From Polyangiales bacterium (GTDB lineage: Bacteria; Myxococcota_A; Polyangia; Polyangiales; JADJQN01), in NCBI GenBank assembly GCA_964202905.1, contig CAXNJO010000005.1, positions 192,001 to 256,000 on the forward strand: a stretch of DNA of 64,000 nt, given 5' to 3'. A program made the translations under genes and the position numbers. How positions within the stretch are numbered: the stretch's first letter is position 1; the number at the start of each line of letters is the position of its first letter. The notes under the pieces were generated by a model. The model was not told the origin of the DNA. It saw nothing but the letters and a program-made list of their open reading frames with translations, and did no database searches. Positions 19,038-27,683 of this stretch are shown here, piece by piece.

Positions 19038-20737
19038 GCACGCGCGATCGCGGCGGGAGCGGCGCCGGCGAGGAGACGCCCCTGCGCGGGTCTCCGCTCG
19101 ACGACGTCGACGCGCTCGCCCGCGTGTCGCGCGTGAGCGACGTCGTCCCGAGCCGCGACGAGACGCTCCTCGTGCCCACGCCGGAGCGCACGCTCGCGAC
19201 GGTGCTCGAGCTGAGCCGCACGCGCTTCGTCGAGCAGCAGGACGAGCAGATCGTGCACGGCTACGTCGCGGCGCTGTGCCAACTCCTGCCCGGACGCCGC
19301 TTCTGCGTGCGCCTCGTCGCGCCCGACACGGGCGCGCTGCGCGTCGTGTACGCCACCGGCCGGCTGCGCCCCGAGACGCGCGAGCCGCTCCGTGTCTCGC
19401 GCGACGCGCTCGTCCGGCACGCGCTCGAGCTGCCGCTGCCCGGCGTCACGCGGAGCGAGGCCTACGTCCCGCTCTTCCATGCGGACGCCGCGGGCTTCGA
19501 CGTGCCGGTCGTCGACGGGCCGCGCTTCTTCGGCGTGCTCGCGGTCGAATACACGCCCGGCGTCGCGCCCCCCGCGCGCGACGCGACGAGCGTCGTGCCG
19601 CTCGTGCTCCAGCTCGCCGCGACGCTGCGCAACGCCCAACTTTACCGCGAGTCGGCGTACCTCCGGGACTACCTCGCCAAGCTGCTCGAGAGCGCCAACG
19701 CGCCCATCGTCGTGCTCACGCCCGACCGCACGGTCGGCGTCGTGAACCGCGCGTTCCTCGCGCTGACGGGCTACACGCGCGAGTCGCTGCTCGGGCGCGA
19801 CTTCCTCGAGCAGCTGCCCGAGGCCGAGCGTCGCCGCCTGCTCCCCGTGCACGCCGCGGCGCTGCGCGGCGAGGCCACCTCGAACCTCGAGCTCTCCATC
19901 CCGCGCGCGACGTCGGGCTTCGTGCGGCTCTCGGTGAACGTCGCGTCGATCCTCAGCGCGGACGGCGAGGTCGAGGGCGTGGTCGCCGTCGGCCGCGACC
20001 TCACGGAGGTGCGCGAGCTCGAGCACCAGATCATCCAGGCCGAAAAACTCGCCACGCTCGGCCAGCTCGCGGCGGGCGTCGTGCACGAGCTGAACAACCC
20101 GCTCACGAGCATCACGGTCTACGCCGAGCACCTGCTCCGCAAGAACCAGCGGACCGAGGGCGACCCGACGGACAGCGAGCGCCTCGGCCGCATCCTCGAA
20201 GCCGCGCAGCGCATCCTCAACTTCACGCGTGACCTCGTCACCTACGCGCGGCCGAGCGCGGAGGAGCCGCGCGAGGTATCGATCGAGACGCTGCTCGAAC
20301 AATCGGTCGTCTTCTGCGAGCACCTCATCACCGAGCGCGGCGTGCACGTCGAGCGGCACTACGCCCCCGCGCTGCCCACGCTCCAGGCCGTCCCATCGCA
20401 GCTCCACCAGGTGTTCATCAACCTCATCACCAACGCCTGCCACGCGATGCCCGAGGGCGCGGGGAAGCTGGTGCTCGAGACGGCGCAGGAGCACGCGGGC
20501 GGGCCCGTGACGGTGCGTGTCCGCGACAACGGCGGCGGCATCCCGAGCGCGCTGCTCGATCGGATCTTCGAGCCGTTCTACACCACCAAGAGCGAGGGCA
20601 AGGGCACGGGGCTCGGCCTCTCGATCGTACGCAACATCGTGCACCAGCACCGCGGGGACATCGGCGTCGAGAGCGCCCCGGGCGCGGGAACGACGTTCAC
20701 GGTGTCGCTCGTGGGCAAGGCGGCAGCGGGCCACTGA
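19034..20737 (+). CDS. GAF-PAS sensor histidine kinase (NtrB-like)
   Basis: EKLATLGQLAAGVVHELNNPL, QVFINLITNA, DNGGGI, FEPFYTTK, GTGLGL; ATGA overlap. Confidence 0.95.
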   Translation: MSTRDRGGSGAGEETPLRGSPLDDVDALARVSRVSDVVPSRDETLLVPTPERTLATVLELSRTRFVEQQDEQIVHGYVAALCQLLPGRRFCVRLVAPDTGALRVVYATGRLRPETREPLRVSRDALVRHALELPLPGVTRSEAYVPLFHADAAGFDVPVVDGPRFFGVLAVEYTPGVAPPARDATSVVPLVLQLAATLRNAQLYRESAYLRDYLAKLLESANAPIVVLTPDRTVGVVNRAFLALTGYTRESLLGRDFLEQLPEAERRRLLPVHAAALRGEATSNLELSIPRATSGFVRLSVNVASILSADGEVEGVVAVGRDLTEVRELEHQIIQAEKLATLGQLAAGVVHELNNPLTSITVYAEHLLRKNQRTEGDPTDSERLGRILEAAQRILNFTRDLVTYARPSAEEPREVSIETLLEQSVVFCEHLITERGVHVERHYAPALPTLQAVPSQLHQVFINLITNACHAMPEGAGKLVLETAQEHAGGPVTVRVRDNGGGIPSALLDRIFEPFYTTKSEGKGTGLGLSIVRNIVHQHRGDIGVESAPGAGTTFTVSLVGKAAAGH

Positions 20738-20904
20738 CGGGCTGCTCGGAGCGCCACGGGCGAACTCCGCGGACCGCCGCGGGCGGCACTCGCGGCGCGC
20801 CAACGCCGCGCGCAGGGCACCGTGGACAACACGCGCAGGACAACATCGACCGCGGCGCCGCACGCGGCCCCGGCGCGGGGCCCGCGGCGCGTACGGTGGC
20901 GGGT

Positions 20905-21498
20905 TCAGCCGAGGTCGGCCCGGCGCTCGATGATGCGGGTCACGAGGCCGTAGTCCTTCGCCTCGACGGACGTGAGCCAGAAGTCGCGGTCGGAGTCGTT
21001 CTCGACCTTCGTGAGGTCGCGGCCCGTCGCGGCGGCGACGATCTGGTTGTAGCGGCGCTTGAGCGCGACGATCTGGCGCGCGGCGATGTCGATGTCCGTC
21101 GACTGTCCGCGCGTGACCGTCGAGGGCTGGTGCAGGAGGAAGCGCGAGTTCGGGAGCGCGAGGCGCTGTCCCTCGGCGCCGCCGAGGAAGATGAGGACGG
21201 CCGCGGATGCGACCAGGCCGTTGGCGACCGTGCGGATGGGCGCCGGGGAGAAGCGGAAGAGGTCGTAGAGCGCGAAGCCGACGTCCGCGGCGCCACCCGG
21301 CGAGTTGACCAGCACCGTGATGGGGCGCGCGGCGTCCTTGCGCTCGAGGATCGCGAGCTGCGTGGCCACCTTGCGGTAGAGGACGTCGCTCACCTCCTCG
21401 CCGACGATGATCGTGCGCGACTCGAGCAGCTCGCTCTCGAGGCGCGGGCTGCCGGTGTCCTTGGGCTCGTGCGCGCCCTCTTCTGCATAGCGGGTCAT
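20905..21498 (-). CDS. clpP: ATP-dependent Clp protease proteolytic subunit (paralog)
   Basis: VNSPGG, VASAA (Ser), LPNSRFLLHQP (His), DRDFW..EAKDYGLV (Asp). Confidence 0.9.
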   Translation of the reverse strand: MTRYAEEGAHEPKDTGSPRLESELLESRTIIVGEEVSDVLYRKVATQLAILERKDAARPITVLVNSPGGAADVGFALYDLFRFSPAPIRTVANGLVASAAVLIFLGGAEGQRLALPNSRFLLHQPSTVTRGQSTDIDIAARQIVALKRRYNQIVAAATGRDLTKVENDSDRDFWLTSVEAKDYGLVTRIIERRADLG

Positions 21499-21570
21499 GG
21501 GTCCTCCTCGGGGTCGGCCGGACGCTAGCACCGCCTCCGGCGCCGCGCCTCACCGCGCTCAACCGACGCC

Positions 21571-21602
21571 AGTTTCGTTTCACACGTTGAAACATCGTTT
21601 CA
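21571..21602. promoter_or_regulatory. Putative enhancer-binding-protein sites (GTTTCA/TGAAAC)
   Basis: GTTTCA 21577-82, then TGAAACATCGTTTCA 21588-21602, about 65-95 bp upstream of a sigma54 promoter. Confidence 0.65.
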
Positions 21603-21666
21603 CGACCGCGCGTCCCGACGTGGCTCCGCACGCGCGGAGGCACGCGCGAACGGGCGCCACTGCCGC

Positions 21667-21682
21667 TGGCACCACGCTTGCT
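21667..21682 (+). promoter_or_regulatory. sigma54 -24/-12 promoter
   Basis: TGGCAC-CACGC-TTGCT matches the TGGCAC-N5-TTGCW consensus. Confidence 0.85.
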
Positions 21683-21748
21683 CAGTGCGTACCTGCAGCG
21701 CGACGCTGCGGCGGGGCGCCCCACACCGGCCCCGCGGAGGAGACCCCC

Positions 21749-22873
21749 ATGCTGTTCCGCCAACTCTTCGACGCCGAGACCTCCACCTGGACCTACCTGC
21801 TCGCCGACGAGTCCACCCGCGAGGCCGTGCTCATCGACCCCGTGCTCGAGCAGGTCGAGCGCGACCTCACGCTGCTCGGCGAGCTCACGCTGACGCTGCG
21901 CTTCACGGTCGACACGCACGTGCACGCCGACCACGTCACGGGCGCCGGCGCGCTGCGCGATCGGACGGGCGCGCGCACGGTCCTCAGCGAGCGCGCGGGC
22001 ACCGGGCGCCCCGATCTCCTCGTGAAACAGGGCGATCTCGTGCCCTTCGGCCGCTACGCGCTCGAGGTCCGCGAGACGCCCGGTCACACGAGCGGCTGCG
22101 TCAGCTACGTCGCGCGGGACGGCGCACGCACGCTCGCCTTCACGGGCGATGCGCTGCTCATCCGCGGGAGCGGGCGCACCGACTTCCAGCAAGGCGACGC
22201 GCGCACGCTCCACCGCTCGGTGCACGAGCAGCTCTTCACGCTCCCCGACGACACGCTCGTCTACCCGGGCCACGACTACAAGGGCCGCACGGTCTCCACG
22301 ATCGGCGAGGAGAAGCGCCACAACCCGCGGCTCGGCGGCGGGCGCAGCGCGGAGGACTTCGACGCGATCATGGCGGCGCTCGTGCTCGCGCAGCCCAAAC
22401 AGATCGAGCGCGCGGTGCCGGCCAACCTGCAGTGCGGGGTACCCGTCGGCCTGCGCGCGGACGGGGAGCGCACGCTCGAGCGCGGCTGGGCGCCGGTCGA
22501 GCGCACCGCCGCGGGCGTCTCGGAGCTGTCACCCGAGTGGCTGGCCGCCCACCCGACCGCCGCGCGCCTCGTCGACGTCCGCGAGCCGGCCGAGTACGTC
22601 GGTCCGCTCGGGCACATCGAGGGGGCGGAGCTCGTGCCGCTCGCGACCGTCGAGGAGGCGGCGGCCACGTGGGACCGCGCGCAGCCGCTCGTCGTCGTCT
22701 GCCGCTCCGGGGGGCGCTCCGCGAAGGCCGCGCTCGCGCTCGAGGCGCTCGGCTTCAAGCGCGTCGCGTCGCTCCGCGGCGGCATGACGCGCTGGAGCGA
22801 GCTGGGCCTCGCCGCCCGCGGCGCCGCGTCTGCGGAGCCCGCGCAGCCGGCCGCGCCCGGCGTGTGCGGTTGA
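21749..22873 (+). CDS. Persulfide dioxygenase (ETHE1-type MBL) - rhodanese fusion
   Basis: LFRQLFD..TWTYLL, THVHADHVTG, TPGHT, FTGDALLIRGSGRTDFQ, YPGHDY; rhodanese DVREP..CRSGGRS; GGAGGAG RBS. Confidence 0.95.
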   Translation: MLFRQLFDAETSTWTYLLADESTREAVLIDPVLEQVERDLTLLGELTLTLRFTVDTHVHADHVTGAGALRDRTGARTVLSERAGTGRPDLLVKQGDLVPFGRYALEVRETPGHTSGCVSYVARDGARTLAFTGDALLIRGSGRTDFQQGDARTLHRSVHEQLFTLPDDTLVYPGHDYKGRTVSTIGEEKRHNPRLGGGRSAEDFDAIMAALVLAQPKQIERAVPANLQCGVPVGLRADGERTLERGWAPVERTAAGVSELSPEWLAAHPTAARLVDVREPAEYVGPLGHIEGAELVPLATVEEAAATWDRAQPLVVVCRSGGRSAKAALALEALGFKRVASLRGGMTRWSELGLAARGAASAEPAQPAAPGVCG

Positions 22874-22908
22874 GCGGCCGCGCCTGCGCCGACGCGCCCA
22901 CCGCGGGT

Positions 22909-22971
22909 CTGAAACACGTTTCACGACGCTGAAACAAGCGGCCCTGAAACACGTTTCACCGCGCTGAAACA
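22909..22971. promoter_or_regulatory. Duplicated enhancer site CTGAAACACGTTTCAC-N2-CGCTGAAACA (35-bp period)
   Basis: Copies at 22909-22936 and 22944-22971, each containing the palindrome TGAAACACGTTTCA. Confidence 0.75.
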
Positions 22972-23033
22972 TGCGGGCCGGACGCGACGCGCGTCCTGCG
23001 CCGCGAGCCCGTCAAAACAGGGGCGAACGCGGC

Positions 23034-23049
23034 TGGCACGATCGCTGCT
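23034..23049 (+). promoter_or_regulatory. sigma54 -24/-12 promoter
   Basis: TGGCAC-GATCG-CTGCT. Confidence 0.75.
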
Positions 23050-23095
23050 CAAGGAGCGCTCGAGGTCGCCGACGGTCGGCGCGGAGGTCCCCATC

Positions 23096-23983
23096 ATGCT
23101 CATCCTCGGAGTCGCGCTGTCGGTGCTCGTGGGCGTCGCGCTCGGCCTGCTCGGCGGCGGCGGCTCGATCCTGACCGTGACGGTGCTCGTCTACGTGCTC
23201 GCGCTCCCGCCGCACGAGGCGATCGCCACCTCGCTGCTCGTCGTCGGGGCGACGAGCCTCGCCGCGCTGGTGCCGCATGCGCGCGCCGGTCACGTCCGGT
23301 GGCGGACGGGCGTGCTCTTCGGGCTCGCGGGCATGGCGGGCGCCTTCGGGGGCGGGCGCGTCGCGCGGCTGATCCCCGCGGGGCTGCTGCTCACGCTCTT
23401 CGGCGTGGTGATGCTCGTGACCGCCGTCGCGATGCTGCGCGGCGGCGCGCAGACCACGGCGCCGCAGCCCCGCGCAGGGCGGAGCGCCCTCGGGCGCAGC
23501 GCGTGGCTCGGCGTGCAAGGCCTGCTCGTCGGCGTCGTCACGGGGCTCGTGGGCGCGGGGGGCGGCTTCCTCGTGGTGCCCGCGCTCGTGCTGCTCGGCG
23601 GCCTGCCGATGAGCGCGGCGGTCGGGACGTCGCTGGTCGTCGTCGCGATGAACGCGCTCGCGGGCTTCGCGGGGCACCTCGGCACGACGCCCATCGACGC
23701 GCGCCTCGCGGCGCTCGTCACCGGGGCCGCCGTGGTCGGCAGCCTCCTCGGGAGCCGGTTCGCGGGCCGCATCGCCCCGGACACGCTGCGCCGCGGCTTC
23801 GGCGTCTTCGTGATCGCGATGGCCGTCTTCATCCTCGGCCAGCAGATCCCCGAAACCCTCGGTGTCGCGCGCGGCATCATGCTGCCCTGGGCCGCCGCTG
23901 CAGCCCTGCTCGCCTTCGCGGTCGGGCTGGCGGCGAACGCCGTGCGCCGCGCCCGCCTCCCGGCCCCGCGGCCGACCCCCTAG
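23096..23983 (+). CDS. Sulfite exporter TauE/SafE family
   Basis: LGLLGGGGSIL, AIATSLLVVG, TGLVGAGGGFLVVPAL, AVGTSL. Confidence 0.93.
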   Translation: MLILGVALSVLVGVALGLLGGGGSILTVTVLVYVLALPPHEAIATSLLVVGATSLAALVPHARAGHVRWRTGVLFGLAGMAGAFGGGRVARLIPAGLLLTLFGVVMLVTAVAMLRGGAQTTAPQPRAGRSALGRSAWLGVQGLLVGVVTGLVGAGGGFLVVPALVLLGGLPMSAAVGTSLVVVAMNALAGFAGHLGTTPIDARLAALVTGAAVVGSLLGSRFAGRIAPDTLRRGFGVFVIAMAVFILGQQIPETLGVARGIMLPWAAAAALLAFAVGLAANAVRRARLPAPRPTP

Positions 23984-24018
23984 ACCCGATCCCCACCCCC
24001 GACGAAACGAGGACGACC

Positions 24019-24195
24019 ATGTGTCAGGCAGTGACGTGTGCGAAGTGTGGCAAGGCAGGCTGGCGCGGTTGCGGCGCCCACGTCGAGCAGGTGCTCGCGG
24101 GCGTCCCCGCGGCGCAGCGCTGCGCGTGCGCGGGCGGCGCGCAGTCGAAGCCGCTCGGGGAGTCGATCCGCGAGATGTTCGGCATCAAGAAGTGA
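24019..24195 (+). CDS. Small Cys-rich protein (MC-x4-CxxCGK-xxW-xGCG-xH..CxC family)
   Basis: 58 aa MCQAVTCAKCGKAGWRGCGAHVEQVLAGVPAAQRCAC...; GAGGA RBS. Confidence 0.8.
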   Translation: MCQAVTCAKCGKAGWRGCGAHVEQVLAGVPAAQRCACAGGAQSKPLGESIREMFGIKK

Positions 24196-24307
24196 CCGAC
24201 TCCCCGCAGCCCCCGGGCAGCGCGCTCGGCATGGCGTGGTCGCGGCACCGCGGCCGCCCAGCGTCCGGTCCGCGCGCGCAGCGGAGCGCCTCGACGGTGT
24301 GACCGAA

Positions 24308-24409
24308 TGCGACGCGTCCGGCTTCCGGTCCGCGCGCGCGGCGGAGCTCCTCGCGAGCGCAGGCTTCACCGTGCACGACCTCGGCGCGATGGGCCGCTGG
24401 GGCGGCTGA
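24308..24409 (+). pseudogene. C-terminal rhodanese remnant
   Basis: C(D)[29 protein letters not shown] resembles a rhodanese active loop and C-terminus; no N-terminal half or start. Confidence 0.55.
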
Positions 24410-24488
24410 CGCCGCATCCGCGGGAAAGACCGCGCAAGCGCACGTCCCCTCTCCACAGTGGCGCGAAGATGCGGTACGAGGCGGGCCC

Positions 24489-25193
24489 ATGGGCGCGCAA
24501 TGGAAGCTGAAGGGTCGGACGGAAGCGGCAGCGGCGAAGGGCAAGCTCTTCACCAAGCTGGCGAAGGAAATCATGGTCGCGGCGCGGAGCGGCGCGGACC
24601 CAACGATGAACCCACGGCTGCGCATGGCGGTCGACGCCGCGCGCAAGGCCTCGATGACGCGTGACACGCTCGAGCGCGCGATCAAGAAAGGCGCCGGGCT
24701 CCTCGACGACGCCGCGCAGTTCGAGACGATCAGCTACGAGGGCTTCGCGCCCTACCAGGTGCCGGTCATCGTCGAGTGCCTCACCGACAACAAGAACCGC
24801 ACCGCGCCCAACATGCGCCTGCTCTTCCGCAAGGGGCAGCTCGGCGCGAGCGGCTCGGTGACGTGGGACTTCGCGCGGCTCGGCGCGATCGAGGCGACGA
24901 CGCCGGATGCGGGCGTCGACGCCGAGGAGGCCGCGATCGAGGCGGGCGCGCAGGACCTCGAGGCGGGTGACGACGGCCAGACGCGCTTCTTCACGGAGCC
25001 GACGGCCCTCGACACGGTGAGCAAGGCGCTCGCCGAGCGCCGCTGGACGGTGACCTCCGCGGCGCTGATCTGGCGCGCGAAGAACCCGGTGAAGCTCGAC
25101 GATCCGGCGCAGCGCGCGGAGGTCGAGGCCTTCCTCGCCGCGATCGACGACGACGACGACGTGCAGCGGATGTTCGTCGGCCTCGCCGACTGA
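24489..25193 (+). CDS. yebC: YebC/PmpR family protein
   Basis: [49 protein letters not shown]. Confidence 0.95.
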   Translation: MGAQWKLKGRTEAAAAKGKLFTKLAKEIMVAARSGADPTMNPRLRMAVDAARKASMTRDTLERAIKKGAGLLDDAAQFETISYEGFAPYQVPVIVECLTDNKNRTAPNMRLLFRKGQLGASGSVTWDFARLGAIEATTPDAGVDAEEAAIEAGAQDLEAGDDGQTRFFTEPTALDTVSKALAERRWTVTSAALIWRAKNPVKLDDPAQRAEVEAFLAAIDDDDDVQRMFVGLAD

Positions 25194-25268
25194 CCTGCGC
25201 GTCCGCACCACGCGCGCGCCCCTGTGCGCGCGGCCGCGGCGACCCCAAACAACATCCCGATCACGTCA

Positions 25269-25284
25269 CTGAATCGCCATTCAG
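25269..25284. promoter_or_regulatory. Palindromic operator CTGAATCGCCATTCAG overlapping the ACAD RBS
   Basis: Same 16-mer as 7022-7037 in gene orientation; 11 bp upstream of ATG 25296. Confidence 0.7.
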
Positions 25285-25295
25285 GAGATCGCCCG

Positions 25296-26483
25296 ATGGA
25301 CATGTCGTTCAGCCAGGAGCACCTCGCCTTCCGCGACGAGGTGCGCGCGTGGATCGCGAAGACGATGCCCGAAGACCTCGCGACGACCGCGGCGGTCGAC
25401 GGCCACTTCGAGCACTCGGACGTCATGCGCTGGCACAAGCTGCTCGCGCAGCAGGGCTGGGTCGCGCCGCACTGGCCCGCGGAGGTCGGCGGCCCCGACT
25501 GGGATGCGACGCGCCGCTTCATCTTCAACGACGAGCTCGAGCGCGCGGGTGCGCCGGGCCTCTCGCCGTTCGGCCTCTCGATGGTCGGCCCGCTCATCAT
25601 CCAGTTCGGCACCGACGCGCAGAAGCAGCGCTTTCTGCCGACGATCCTCGCCGGCGACGAGGTCTGGTGTCAGGGCTACTCCGAACCGAACGCCGGCTCG
25701 GACCTCGCGTCGCTGCAGACGCGCGCCGACGACGACGGGCAGGGCCACTTCGTCGTGAACGGCCAGAAGACCTGGACGACGTACGCGCAGTACGCGGACT
25801 GGATCTTCCTCCTCGTCCGCACCGACTCGTCCACCAAACAGAAGCAGCAGGGGATCAGCTTCCTGCTCGTCGACATGAAGACCCCGGGCGTCACGGTGAA
25901 GCCCTTCCTGACGACGGGCGGCACGCCGGCCTTCTGCGAGACGTGGTTCGACAACGCCCGCGTGCCCAAGGAGAACCTCGTCGGCCCGCTGCACGGCGGC
26001 TGGACGCTCGCGAAGGCGCTGCTCGGCCACGAGCGCACGCTCATCGCCGCGGTCGGCCAGTCGTCGCGCGTGCTGCGCCGGGTGAAGAAGATCGCGCAGG
26101 AGACGCACGCGGGCGACGCGCGCCTGATCGACGACCCGGCCGTCCGCCTGCGCATCGCGCGCATGGAGGTGAAGCTGCGCTCGCTCGAGATGGCGAACTT
26201 CCGCGCGCTCGCGGGCGCACAGCTCGGGCACGCGCCGGGGCCGGAGTCGTCGATCCTCAAGATCCGCGGCTCGGAGGTCATCCAGCAGATGTTCGAGCTC
26301 GCGATGGACGTCATGGGCCCCGCGTCGCTCACCTGGTTCAACGACCCGGGCGTCGTGCCGCCCGATCAGGAGTACCTCGGCTCGCTCTTCAACTACATCC
26401 GCGCCTCCACGATCTACGGCGGATCCAACGAAATCCAGCGCAACGTGATCGCCAAGATGATCCTCGGCATGCCGAGCAAGTGA
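25296..26483 (+). CDS. Acyl-CoA dehydrogenase, catalytic subunit (PimC/FadE-like)
   Basis: WCQGYSEPNAGSDLASL, NGQKTWTT, GISFLLVDM, IYGGSNEIQRN. Confidence 0.95.
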   Translation: MDMSFSQEHLAFRDEVRAWIAKTMPEDLATTAAVDGHFEHSDVMRWHKLLAQQGWVAPHWPAEVGGPDWDATRRFIFNDELERAGAPGLSPFGLSMVGPLIIQFGTDAQKQRFLPTILAGDEVWCQGYSEPNAGSDLASLQTRADDDGQGHFVVNGQKTWTTYAQYADWIFLLVRTDSSTKQKQQGISFLLVDMKTPGVTVKPFLTTGGTPAFCETWFDNARVPKENLVGPLHGGWTLAKALLGHERTLIAAVGQSSRVLRRVKKIAQETHAGDARLIDDPAVRLRIARMEVKLRSLEMANFRALAGAQLGHAPGPESSILKIRGSEVIQQMFELAMDVMGPASLTWFNDPGVVPPDQEYLGSLFNYIRASTIYGGSNEIQRNVIAKMILGMPSK

Positions 26484-26496
26484 CGGAGCTGCGACC

Positions 26497-27633
26497 ATGG
26501 ACTTCGAGCTGAGCGACGATCAGAAGATGTTGGTGGGTCAGGCGCAGTCCTTCGTCCGGAAGGAGTCGCCCGTCACCCGCGCGCGCGCGCTGCGCGACGA
26601 CGAGCGCGGCTGGGACCCGGCCGTCTGGAAGAAGATGGCCGACCTCGGCTGGATGTCGCTGCCCTTCCCCGAGCATGTCGGCGGACTCGACGGCAGCTTC
26701 GCCGACGTGACGCTGATCCTCGACCAGCTCGGCACGACGCTCGTGCCCGAGCCCTTCGTCGAGAGCGTGATCCTCGCGGGCACGGCCATCCTCCGCGCGG
26801 GCAGCGCCGCGCAGCAGGAGCGCCTGCTCACGCCGATGATCGCGGGCGAGACGTCGCTCGCGCTCGCCGCGCTCGAGCGCCGGAGCCGCTACGACGTGTG
26901 CGCCGTCGACACGCGCGCGACGCAGCACGGCGACGCATGGACGCTCACGGGCGAGAAATACTTCGTCCTCAACGGGCACGCGGCGGACCACCTCGTCGTG
27001 AGCGCGCGCACCTCGGGCAAGCACGACGAGCGCAACGGCATCTCGCTCTTCGCCGTCGCGCGCGACGCGGCCGGTCTGCACGTGCAGACGGTGAAGACGA
27101 TGGACGGCCGGCGCGCGGCGATCGTGCGGCTCGAGAACACGCCGGGCGAGCTGCTCGGCGCCGAGGGCGCGGCGGCGCCAGTGCTCGAGGAGGCCATGGA
27201 TCTCGGCGCGGCGGCCGCGTGCGCCGAGGGCACCGGCATCATGCGCACCGTCTTGTGGATGACCGTCGAATACCTGCGCACACGCGAGCAGTTCGGCGTG
27301 AAGATCGGCACGTTCCAGGCGCTGCAGCACCGCGCCGTGGACATGTTCATCGAGGCCGAGCTCGCCAAGTCGACGAGCATCCTCGCGGCGATCAAGGCGA
27401 CGGCGCCCGCGGGCGAGCGCGCCTACGAGATCTCGAAGGCGAAGGCGCAGCTCACGCAGAGCGGCCACTTCGTCGTGCGACAGGGCACGCAGCTGCACGG
27501 CGGCATCGGCGTGACCGACGAGCACGACATCGGCCTCTACTTCAAGCGCATGCAGGTGCTCGGCGCGCTCTTCGGCGACGAGGACTTCCACCTGCACCGC
27601 TTCTCGTCGATGCCGCAGTTCATGGCGACCTGA
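26497..27633 (+). CDS. Acyl-CoA dehydrogenase, partner subunit (PimD/FadE-like)
   Basis: TREQFGVKIGTFQALQHR, QLHGGIGVTDE, LFGD (no catalytic G..E). Confidence 0.93.
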   Translation: MDFELSDDQKMLVGQAQSFVRKESPVTRARALRDDERGWDPAVWKKMADLGWMSLPFPEHVGGLDGSFADVTLILDQLGTTLVPEPFVESVILAGTAILRAGSAAQQERLLTPMIAGETSLALAALERRSRYDVCAVDTRATQHGDAWTLTGEKYFVLNGHAADHLVVSARTSGKHDERNGISLFAVARDAAGLHVQTVKTMDGRRAAIVRLENTPGELLGAEGAAAPVLEEAMDLGAAAACAEGTGIMRTVLWMTVEYLRTREQFGVKIGTFQALQHRAVDMFIEAELAKSTSILAAIKATAPAGERAYEISKAKAQLTQSGHFVVRQGTQLHGGIGVTDEHDIGLYFKRMQVLGALFGDEDFHLHRFSSMPQFMAT

Positions 27634-27683
27634 GCGCGCGCCGGGCGTGCGGAGCGAGCGACGCGCGTAGTAGCCTCCGCGGC

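Noticed and set aside
18848..22321. Very long alternative-frame ORFs (this 1157-aa one, also 26898-27683, 44044-46299, 43068-45080)
   Set aside because: Arg/Ala/Pro-rich shadow frames caused by stop-codon scarcity at high GC; they overlap well-supported genes
22909..22971. Mini-CRISPR repeat (TGAAAC/GTTTCA ends)
   Set aside because: Only two copies 7 bp apart, positioned as upstream sites of a sigma54 promoter
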